In this document: in pieces, positions 36,981-47,000 of the stretch
Numbering within the stretch: the stretch's first letter is position 1
How the letters are laid out: the number at the start of each line of letters is the position of its first letter
Assembly (NCBI GenBank): GCA_038998335.1
Contig: JAVZHQ010000001.1
Span: forward strand, 480,001-544,000
Direction: 5' to 3'
DNA from: Candidatus Aenigmatarchaeota archaeon
GTDB taxonomy: Archaea; Aenigmatarchaeota; Aenigmatarchaeia; CG10238-14; SCSR01
Length of the DNA stretch: 64,000 nt
The notes under the pieces: model-generated
Seen by the model: only the letters and a program-made list of their open reading frames with translations
Databases searched by the model: none
What the model was told of the DNA's origin: nothing
Translations under genes and position numbers: made by a program

Positions 36981-37742
36981 TTATAATAGCCTGAAGTATA
37001 ATAAAATAACTACTACACCAATAACTATTATTATTGCTCCCAAAACAATTTCCAACAAAGACCTTTTTTTAAGTCTACTCAAAATTTCCTTTTCACTTCT
37101 GTTAGAAATGTAATAAATTTCACCACCTTTTTGTATCATTATATCTTCTACGCCACGAAGGGCCCATCCCTCTTTAACAAAAGGGTTGTCACCTGCATAA
37201 CCCATTATAAAGAGTTTGTCCTTAGGAGCTATATGATATTCGTAAAACTTCATGGTTTTACTGTTGCCAAAATTGTCTTGAAAACTTATATTATTGTTTA
37301 AGAGATAGGCTTTTACTGGCTCAGGAGGTTCTTTATCTCCTCCAGACTTAAACTCAAAATTTGCTGGCAAATCTACTTCAGCACCCCTTGGGTCAACTAG
37401 TACTAAATCTGTTTCGTCTCTAAGGTAAAAATAATCTCTTTTTTCTTCCTCCTTAACAGTTATCCAAATTCTCTGGCCTCTTCTTCCTCTCTTTTCTTCC
37501 TGAACCACGCACTTATAATAAACGCAATCCTCATTCGTGAAAGGAGCCTTAAAAATTCTACCTTCGGCAGGAATTACTTCGCCACGTATTTCAACAAGGC
37601 CAATAGGCAGTGAACGAATCTTAGAAGTTGGTGTACCTTCTATTATCTTTTTCTTCTTGAAAACCTTGAAGCCATGGATAAAAAAAATTAGTCCGCTAGC
37701 AATCCAAACTATGCACCAAAGAGTGAGTAAAAAAAGCGACAT
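36981..37742 (-). CDS. GIDE-domain membrane protein (LemA-associated)
   Basis: TM, TPTSKIRSL..GLVE..G, CVYY, FYLRDET..VLVDP.GA, C-terminal TM. Located directly upstream of lemA. Confidence 0.8.
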   Translation of the reverse strand: MSLFLLTLWCIVWIASGLIFFIHGFKVFKKKKIIEGTPTSKIRSLPIGLVEIRGEVIPAEGRIFKAPFTNEDCVYYKCVVQEEKRGRRGQRIWITVKEEEKRDYFYLRDETDLVLVDPRGAEVDLPANFEFKSGGDKEPPEPVKAYLLNNNISFQDNFGNSKTMKFYEYHIAPKDKLFIMGYAGDNPFVKEGWALRGVEDIMIQKGGEIYYISNRSEKEILSRLKKRSLLEIVLGAIIIVIGVVVILLYFRLL

Positions 37743-37798
37743 ATAATAAAATAAAGTTTTTACGCTAATAATTTAAATTGCTTCAAAAATTGCAAGAA

Positions 37799-39616
37799 TT
37801 ATTTCTTCTTTTCTAGCTTTATCGTTAAAAATACCAATATTATAACCAGAAAAATCAAGAAAATTAAAAAGGCAGTTATTGGATTGAAAAATAGAGCTAC
37901 TAACATACCAGTTATCCCTAAAGGCACTTCTTCTGGCTTAACTTCTTCCTCGCATTCTTCAATTTCTATAGGTTTATTAAGAGTCGTGTTACAGTTGTTC
38001 AAGTCAAAACAAAATCTTGTTCTTGTTTTGTTTGTACATTCGCTCCAATCTGTACAGAACCAACTCTCTTCACAAATTACAGGCTTGAAATAAACGCAAG
38101 ACTGAACTTCTTTTGGTTTCGTTTCATTTTTCCCGCAATTGTTTTTATCGTAGCAAACTCTTGTTTGAATTCCTTTTTCATTACAAGCGCTCCACTCAGA
38201 GCAAATCCATTCAGGAACACAAACCTCAATATAATATACAGGAGCTTCAGGTTTTTTTGCTAAAGGTTTTGGTTCGGTAGTCACATTTATTACCGAAGAG
38301 TTTGCTGAATTTCCTGAAGTATCAAAAACAGAAACAAAGTAATGGTAAGTTTTGCTGTATTGCAAGCCAGAATCTACAAAGCTTGTTTGGTTTGAGCTCA
38401 AATTTCCTGAAATATCTTGGAAAACAGAATCCTCTGCTCTAAAAACTATGTAATGGCTTATAGCTACGTTATCGCTAGCGTTTATCCAAGTTAATGTTAT
38501 GGAATTGCCTGAGACCGAGCTATATAATATAGGTGGAATTGGTGCTTCTGTATCTTTTGGTCCATTCAAAGGATCGCACTCGTTATTCCCTTGCATTAAA
38601 GTTTTGTTTAGAGTACAGCCTTGCTCTGAGCAATCCTTTTCACCCCAATAACAATAGCCTTCATGAATCGTGCCTGGCTCAGGGCAAAATTCTTTTTCTG
38701 AATAATTGCAAGTGCAAGAATTTAAATCACATTCATCCTTAAAGTAGCAGTAGTCTCCTTCTATTCTTGCTTCGCACTTATTTTCTTCGTCACATTCTGC
38801 GTCGCAAACTCCTTTAACGCAGTAACTAACAGGCAAAACTAAGCAGTCTGGAGTGCAATTAGTGCAAGTATGGTTTTCTTGACAAGAATTCTCGCAAGAG
38901 TTTTCTGTCGTTATATTATCTAAAATTTTGTTCGAGTTAAAATCTACAAGCTTCCTTCCTTCACAATAGTCAAAGTAAGTTTGCGAGCAATAGTTTGGTT
39001 TGCAATCCTCATCGCTTTTACACTCATAATAAGCACAAAGAACCTCAAGGTAAGGGTCCCAGTTATGGCAGGAAGTATCTTTGCTGTAAAAGTATTGCAC
39101 AGCACTTTTTCCTGTCTCGTTTAAAAATTTTAAAGAAATGCTTAAGATTTTGCTTCCTTCGAAAGCCTCGCTAGCTGCTTTTGTAACGTTAAAGCTTTTG
39201 TAGCCGGTCGAGCTTATGTTTAAAGAATCTAAAAATTCAAAGTCTGTTGGAGCATTATTCCAGTTTATTCCTGACTCATTCCATTGTTGGTTAGAATCTT
39301 TATAGAATTCTGAAGTTTTGTAAGCTCCTACGTACTCTTTTGAAGCTGAAGTGCTGTAAATTTTAAGAGTTGCTTGCTGAATAGCATCGCAAGTTAAAGA
39401 GCTTAGGTTGAATTTTAAGTAAGACCTTTTTGTACCAGACTCTCTTCCTACTATTAGAGAAGTTGAATTTCCGTAATTTTTGCTTGGATTATAAGCGTCA
39501 ACGTAAGAATCATCGCTAGGATAAATTTTTATTAAATTATCGCCATTGGCAAAAACTAAAGTTATTGAAACAAACAACAAAATTCCTAAAAGTATTGCCA
39601 AAAGCCTTGCTTTCAT
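37799..39616 (-). CDS. Secreted surface protein: DNRLRE/CBM96-like + Cys-rich + FN3 + TSP1-like repeats + C-terminal TM
   Basis: DSYV...P..NYG....L.VG......RSYLKFNLS, WNESGINWNNAP, FN3 (DNVAISHY...DSGLQYSKTYHY.V), two C...W.C..WS.C repeats, C-terminal anchor. Confidence 0.82.
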   Translation of the reverse strand: MKARLLAILLGILLFVSITLVFANGDNLIKIYPSDDSYVDAYNPSKNYGNSTSLIVGRESGTKRSYLKFNLSSLTCDAIQQATLKIYSTSASKEYVGAYKTSEFYKDSNQQWNESGINWNNAPTDFEFLDSLNISSTGYKSFNVTKAASEAFEGSKILSISLKFLNETGKSAVQYFYSKDTSCHNWDPYLEVLCAYYECKSDEDCKPNYCSQTYFDYCEGRKLVDFNSNKILDNITTENSCENSCQENHTCTNCTPDCLVLPVSYCVKGVCDAECDEENKCEARIEGDYCYFKDECDLNSCTCNYSEKEFCPEPGTIHEGYCYWGEKDCSEQGCTLNKTLMQGNNECDPLNGPKDTEAPIPPILYSSVSGNSITLTWINASDNVAISHYIVFRAEDSVFQDISGNLSSNQTSFVDSGLQYSKTYHYFVSVFDTSGNSANSSVINVTTEPKPLAKKPEAPVYYIEVCVPEWICSEWSACNEKGIQTRVCYDKNNCGKNETKPKEVQSCVYFKPVICEESWFCTDWSECTNKTRTRFCFDLNNCNTTLNKPIEIEECEEEVKPEEVPLGITGMLVALFFNPITAFLIFLIFLVIILVFLTIKLEKKK

Positions 39617-39690
39617 TTTTATCGTTAAATAAATAAACAGTTAAAGATTTAAGCTCATCGTTAAGTAGTAAAAAAGCGAAAAAATAATTT

Positions 39691-40329
39691 ATGAGAAAAA
39701 TCGAATTAGCAGCTTTAATCATAGTAATTTTCTCTTTTTTTCTAGCTTTTTACCTTTACCCTCAAATGCCAGAAACCATGGCTTTTCATTGGAATATAGA
39801 AGGAAAAGTAGATAGCTATGCTTCAAAATCTCTTGCTCTATTTTTAATGCCAGCTATAAGCTTTTTACTCTTCTTGCTTTTCTTGGCAATTCCAAGAATT
39901 GATCCTTTGAAGAAAAACATCGAAAAGTTTAGGAATTATTTTGATAGTTTTTTCATTTTGATTCTTTTGTTTTTGCTTTATCTTTACTCTTTAACAATTC
40001 TTTGGAACCTTGGTTTCACTTTTAACATGATTAAAAATTTAGTTCCCGCCTTTTCTGTTCTCTTCTTCTACACAGGAGTTTTGGTCGAAAACGCAAAAAG
40101 GAACTGGTTTGTTGGAATAAGAACACCTTGGACTTTAAGCAGTGAAAAAGTTTGGAACAAAACTCACAAGTTTGGTGGAAAGCTAATTAAAATCGTAGCC
40201 TTTATTTCTTTGCTTGGCTTCTTTTTTGAAAACCTTGCTTTTTACTTCTTGATTTTACCCATCCTTTTTGCTTGCTTTTACTCTGTAGTTTACTCTTACT
40301 TTGAATTCAAGAAAATCGAAAAAAGATGA
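39691..40329 (+). CDS. SdpI/DUF1648 family membrane protein
   Basis: YPQMPE.MAFHWN..G.VD and NWFVGIRTPWTLSSEKVWNKTH. Confidence 0.9.
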   Translation: MRKIELAALIIVIFSFFLAFYLYPQMPETMAFHWNIEGKVDSYASKSLALFLMPAISFLLFLLFLAIPRIDPLKKNIEKFRNYFDSFFILILLFLLYLYSLTILWNLGFTFNMIKNLVPAFSVLFFYTGVLVENAKRNWFVGIRTPWTLSSEKVWNKTHKFGGKLIKIVAFISLLGFFFENLAFYFLILPILFACFYSVVYSYFEFKKIEKR

Positions 40330-40330
40330 G

Positions 40331-41056
40331 TTATTTTTTTCTTCTTGAAATGAACAAGGTTAAAACTAGGATTATAACTGCGATTAATCCTAGGATAAAG
40401 CTTAAGGCATAAACTGGGTTTGAAAGTAAGGCAAAAAAGCCTGTTATTGAGGAAGTTGGTGCTTGTGTTATTGCTTCTTCTTTTTCTTCTCCTATCTCTT
40501 CTATCGGAGGTAATGTTTCACCTTCGCTTTCAGGAATTTGAGGCTGCTCAGGAACCTCTTCTTCACTTGGTTGAGTTTGGCTTTCTTGGGTGCTAGAAGT
40601 TGAATAGCCTCCAGAACTACCACCAGAACCTCCACCGCTTTGAGGAGGAGATGATGGAGCTAGGCCTACAATCACAGACTCGATTATTCCTTCTCCTTCA
40701 TGAGGCTTGTCTTTTACATTATCAACTGCTGTCACTTTGTACCAATACTTTCCTTCAGGCAAAGAAGAAAAGTCGTCAAAGCTTGTTGAATTAGTTATTC
40801 CTATCAAAACAAAATTTGTGCCATCATCACTTCTATAAATTTTATAATAGGCTACGGCAGAAGTGTTGCATGGCCCATCAGTAGCAGGATCCCAAACTAG
40901 AGTTATATTCCCATCAGAATCATAAGGACTATCGTAAATTTTCAAGTTTTTTGGTGCTGAGGGCGGAGTTCTATCTATACAAAAAGCATAAGCGTTACTA
41001 CAAAAAAGAAAGAGAGAAATCACAGTTAAAAATAAAAGTTTTTTGTTGTTTGTAAT
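40331..41056 (-). CDS. Secreted FN3-domain protein with low-complexity linker and C-terminal TM anchor, probable ATT start
   Basis: In-frame extension MTNNKKLLFLTVISLFLFCSNAYA gives a complete signal peptide after a GAGGTGA SD. FN3 (PSAPKNL...W...YYKIYRS...YWYKVTAVD), G/S/E/P linker, TM and RRKK. Confidence 0.8.
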   Translation of the reverse strand: MTNNKKLLFLTVISLFLFCSNAYAFCIDRTPPSAPKNLKIYDSPYDSDGNITLVWDPATDGPCNTSAVAYYKIYRSDDGTNFVLIGITNSTSFDDFSSLPEGKYWYKVTAVDNVKDKPHEGEGIIESVIVGLAPSSPPQSGGGSGGSSGGYSTSSTQESQTQPSEEEVPEQPQIPESEGETLPPIEEIGEEKEEAITQAPTSSITGFFALLSNPVYALSFILGLIAVIILVLTLFISRRKK

Positions 41057-41060
41057 AGAA

Positions 41061-44000
41061 TCACCTCATGGCACAATGGTAAGGATCTACTGAATTAACA
41101 GTAAACAATACTGGGTCGTAAAGGGAATCACAACCTCTTATCGATAAGAAATAAAACTTACCTTCTTCTAGTTCGCTTGCATCAAACATATCTTGATAAG
41201 TTCCAGTTGTACTGTTGTATGTTGCTGTTCTCCAACCACTATCGTAAGGACAAATTCCAAAGAAGCAATAGATTGGACTATACCATGCTGGTGGTTCGAA
41301 AACCCTGTACTGAACTGTTTCACTCGCTATTGGTGAAATTTCATCCGTTACATTTATTTCTATCGGAACTAATGAATCGTAAGTATCTTCATCTTGTGGC
41401 TGTAATAATTCTATTGTTGGTGGAGTGTTATCAAGCATGAAATTGATGCTATCACTAAGCCAGTTTCCAGCTTCATCTTGAACTTTAATCATAAACTTTA
41501 CAATACCATCAGGCAAACCGAATGGAACGTCATAATAGCCTGAGCATTCGTTTCCTATTATTGGTGAAGCATCCCATCTTGTTTCGTTTATGCTTATGTA
41601 GCATGGACTAACTATTCCAGACATGTCTTGCTCAAAGGTTATTCTATACCAAATTCTTTGGCCGGATTTTATTGTTGAGCCTTGCTCAGGATTGGTTTCA
41701 AATGAAACTTTTATTGGAGGCGTGTTGTCTATTCCTATAAGTATAGAAACTTTATCTCTGTAATTACCTGCACTATCCCAAGCATCAACATAAAGGTTTG
41801 CTGGGCTTTCGTTAAACGTTTCGTTAACTGTAACAAAACCTGTACATTTGCCTATTCTTCTATCAAAAGTTAAATTACTGTCAAGTACACTCTCCTTGCC
41901 TGTATTGTCAACTATTCTTGCTATGCAAGTTATTTCTGGTTCACAAATTTCTTTGAATGAAAGCGAATTATCGCTTACTTCAGCCGCTACGTAGAATGTT
42001 GTTCCATAGCCAACCCAGTCTTTTCCTGAGAAAATCCAATGAATTATGGGCTTGGTGTTGTCAAGATTAACAAAAGCTTTGTTATCCAAAAATACTTTGT
42101 TATTTAGTTTATCCACAGCTTCTATATCTATGTAGTAAGTGCCTTCTTGTAAGCAGCAACTCGGCGTCCAGCTACCTTCGTACAATCCTGTTTCTGGATT
42201 GTATACCAAATCTATCTGGTACTTATAAGTACTGATACAGCCTTTGTGTATTGTTATGTTTACTCTTTTCACACCAACCTTTTCATCAGTAACATTAGCA
42301 TAAATCTTCACCGTCTTTCCACAGTGTATAGCACAATCACTAACCCACAATTTTATTTCTGGTGGTTTGTTGTCTACGTCATCTATTTCTGTTTTTGTTT
42401 GTTCTTCATTGCCTAGGGCGTCTACGCAGTAGTATTCAACAATATGCCTGCAGTCTTCTGGTATCTTGAAAGTTACTTGACTACCATCGACTTCAGTAAA
42501 TTCAGGCTTTTCTCCACCTTCTAAGTAGTACCTGTAGTAGATTTTAACTTGGTTTACTGGATGTGGCTGTTGATCTGAACAGCTCAAGGTTATTTCTGTG
42601 TTGCTTGTTATATACAAGCAGTTTTCACCGCACGGGTATTGTGGTTGACCGACATACTTTGTTGTTATTGGTGGCGTGGTGTCGACTATGTCTACTTCTA
42701 CATGCTCGTGCTCTTTATTGCCTAGAGCATCGACACAGTACCAAGTCAGTCTGTGGAACGAGTCTTGAGAATACTTTATGCTCACAAAATTAGAATCTTC
42801 TATCCACGAGCCTTCTGTCCATTCGTCTCCTAAGTTTTCTTTCCAGTCTATCTTGTAGTAGATTTTAACTTGGTCTACTGGATGTGGCTGTTGATCTGAG
42901 CAGGATAGATTGATTTCTGTTTGTTGTGTGACGTACCAGTCGCAAATTTCTTCTATGCATTCTACCTTTGGTTCACCTATTGTTTTATCTGAAATTGGTG
43001 CTTTGTTATCAACATAAACACACTGTATCTTTATTTGTTCAGCCTTATCAACATTATCAACTGAATAATATTCTATCAAGTGACAGGAGTCGTCTTTGAT
43101 TGTAAATGGTTCTGTGTAAGTTAGCCATGAGCCTGAGCCTGTTGCTTCTTCACAAGCCGCTTGGCTCTCACAAAAGCTATCGCTAACTTGAGTTACTCTG
43201 TAGTATGTTGCCTTTATTCCTGATTTGTGTGTGCCTGTATCCTCGACTGATAGTGTGATTGGTGTTTGCGATGTTATCCACTTCGGGTAGCCACTATCTG
43301 TTGTGACAAGTGGTGTACCGTAGGTCTTAGTGGTAGTTGGTGGTGTTTTATCTACGATGAATGTTTCTAAATCAGTTACTGAATTGCCTAGAGCATCTCT
43401 ACATGTGATTGTTAGGTTATGCGTAGATTCTTCTGGGAAGGTTATGTCGAATGGTGGGGTTACTCCTGTTTGACCTTGTCCTTGTTTTTCACCGCCAGTT
43501 ACTGTATAATCCCAGTCACATGTTACATGATTCACTGGGTGAGGCTCGGGGTCTGTTGCTTCTACATGAATGGTTGTCGAGCCGTCTATGTAGCATTCAT
43601 CGATCAAACCAATTTTTGCAACTGCAAATTCGGAGCAGCCATCTTTTTCTGCGTAAAATACAATTTTGTCGGCAACAATAGGCGTCGTATAACTTTTACT
43701 CCAAATGCCGTTCCCTCCTGTCTGAACACCAACAGGATCTTCACTACCAACTAAGTTTTCATTCAAGTAATAACGGATATGAGCCTTTTCTCCACCACCA
43801 TTGCATTCTCCTGCATACAAGCTTCTCAATTCAACATAATCGATTGCATATGCTCTATCAAATGTTATTTCGATTTTCTCTGGGTCGTCTACCTCGTCAA
43901 TCTCACCTGGATATACACCTAAACCTCTTGTACCTCTGTGAGTTAAGTTTCCTAGACCACCATTCTTAAAACCTGTTACTGCTCCGTGGCCAGAAAGAAT

Positions 44001-47000
44001 GCTGAGGGTTGATTTACCAAGATTTACAACATTATCAGTTGTAGATAATCCTGTAGTACTATCAACACCTTCAAAATTATCTGCGTAAAGGAAGCTTACT
44101 TGGCTTGCTTCTGGTGGACAATTGCCGTAACTTGAACCTATAATCGTTTTAGTTATAATTGGTGGTTTGGTATCAACTATATCATATTCTGTGTGCAATT
44201 GCTCTGCGTTACCTAGAGCATCGACACAGTACCATTTAAGTATATGAGCCGAATCTTGGGTCTTTGTTATAGTTACTTGCTCGCTGTTTACTATCGTCCA
44301 TTCAGGCTCTTGTTGCCCAACAATCCAGTCTTTGTAGTAGATTTTAACATGATTTACTGGATGAGGTTGCTGGTCTGAACAGCTCAAGGTTATTGGGGTT
44401 TGCTGTGTTATGAAATAGCAACCATCTGTTGGGTTAGGCAAGCCGGAATAGTAGGCTGATTGTTCTGATTGTGTACATTCATGCTTAGGCTCACCTATTG
44501 ATTTAGTTGAAACCGGTGGCTTGGTGTCGACTATGTCTAGTTCAACATGCTCCTGCTCTTTATTGCCTAGAGCATCGACACAGTACCAAGTCAGTCTGTG
44601 GAATGATTCATCATTTGGTAAATCTTCGTAATAGAATTTAGTATAATTGCCAACAGTTTCTTCTTTTACAGTTTGCCAATTATCTTCCCAATTCATCTTC
44701 CACTCAATCTTATAGTGGATCTTCACGTCATCTACTGGATGAGGTTGTTGGTCAACACAAGAAAGTTCGATGGGAGTTTCGTCTGTCATAAACCAGCAAT
44801 CATCAATTCCATATTGTGACTTTTCCTCTTCTGTACACTCGTGCTTTGGAGTTCCTAATGATTTCTGCGAAATAGGTGGCTTATTCTCTACGAATACACA
44901 TTGTGCTTTTATTTGTTCCTTGTTTCCGAGCTTATCAACACTGTAATATTCTATCATGTGACACGACTCCGTCGTTTTGTAGAAAGGTCCTCTGTATTCA
45001 TTCCATCCTTCGCTTTCGTAGCTGTGAATAGGTTGACAGTATATATCTGGATCGAGACAATAATTATCATCAACAAGTGTGTTCATCCAGTAGATTTTGT
45101 CCACACCAACAGCGCAAATCTCCCCGCCGTCCGTTGCTGTGAGTGTTATCGGTGTGCTCGAGTTTATCCACTTTGGATAGCCACCTTGCGCCACAACAAG
45201 AGGCTGGCCATAAGTCTTTGTAGTCGTTGGTGGTACAGAATCAACATAATCATACTCTACATAAGGTCCAGCTGTATTCCCAAGAATGTCCACACACTTG
45301 TATTCTAAAGTATGAAGAGAGTCTTCATTAAAGTGGAAAGGTCCAGTGTATGTTATCCAATCTGTGTATTGACCATCATCTACCTTGTATCGGTAATAAA
45401 TTGTTACGTGGTCCGATGGATGTGGCATGTCATCAACACAGTTCAATGTTATCATCGTGTTCTGTGTTATGTACCATTTACCATCTTCTACCGGCAGCTT
45501 AGGATCACCTATTTCCTTTGTAAGAATAGGTGGTTTGTTGTCAACAATATCCAATTCAAAATGATGAACTTCTTCCCAACCACAAGCATCAACTGCCCAG
45601 TATTCAACCAAATGATAAGAATCTTTGTTTAATGTGATAGTTACGCCTTGATTCTCATCTCCAACTCCTTCTTGGTCAATAACCCATGGGTCATTTGGAT
45701 TTACCTTATACCAAACTCTCCAATGTATTCTAGTTTTATCAGCATGTTCGCCTGTTTGTTGTGGGTCAGGATCTTCGGCATGGAGAGTTATCTGTGTTCC
45801 TGTTTTTACAAATTGGCAACCGTCTGTTAGTGAAACATCTTGAGGCAAATTAGCAGCATCTATTTCACTTTGTTCGCAAGAATGTGAAACTCCTCCTGCT
45901 GGAGTTAAGGTTTTGGTTGTTTGTGGTGCTAAAGTGTCTTTAACAAAAGAAATGTTCTGCCCACATTGTAACATTTTACCCCAGTTTTCTACTATATCTT
46001 TGCCTCTCAGGTTTATGTAATGAGTTCCTTCAGAGAGGCTTGATACATCAACTTCAGCCCCTATTATAGCACACAACAAACCGTTAGACTGGAAATTGTA
46101 AAGTGGATTCATCCAGTATCCAGACCATGGAGCAGGAACTTCTGCGCTAAGGTTGTAATCAACAAAATATTCTCCGCCTTGTATTGGTGACTGGTCATCA
46201 CAAACTGTTGCATTAAGCCATGGGTTATTTCCGCAAACTAAATATTCTCTTGGGTTTAGTACATCGTTAAGATAAATGTTGTAAGGACATTCTGGAGGTT
46301 CTATGTCTGTTTCAAAGTAAGTACAGACACAATTGCCCCAGTTGTCTGCTACATCTTGAGATTTTACACATACAAAATTTACACCATCGTGGAAGAAGCC
46401 TGCATTGTTTACATAGACATCCTCTATTAGTTCATCGTAACTTCCATCCGCAGGAGACATATTACCAATTACTAGAAATGGATCAGAATCGATGCATCTC
46501 CCATAACTGCCAGCACCTATGTAATATCTGGCAACCTTTATGTTGGAGCATTCGTCTTCTACATGAGCTGTAAAGTTGAAAATGCCGTTGTTAAACAGCG
46601 GGCTGACAAAAACATTTGAAGTAGTTGGTCCGTTGGTATCGAATAAAGTGTGTTGGCAGCCTTGTTGAACATCACATATATCTTCTGTGCATGGATTTCC
46701 GTCATCGCAAAGGGAATTATTTGGCGTATGAATACAACCTTGTAGAGCATCGCAAGAATCGATGGTACATTCAATTCCATCGTCACAACTCATCTGAGAA
46801 TATGAACAAGTACAATTGCTTTGACATTTTCCACCATAAAACCTAACATTTCCTTCACAATAATCCTTACAATCCTCGTCTTTCTCACATTCTGCTCCGC
46901 ATTGACCTTTCACACAACTGAAAGAAAAGCTATCATAAACACATCCACAAGCAGCATCACAATTACCATAAGCGTCCCTTGTTCCTAGCTTATAACCAGA

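Noticed and set aside
42533-44603. Diversity-generating retroelement TR/VR pair in the giant gene
   Set aside because: Both copies are in-frame coding modules, mismatches are not adenine-specific, and no reverse transcriptase is in the window.
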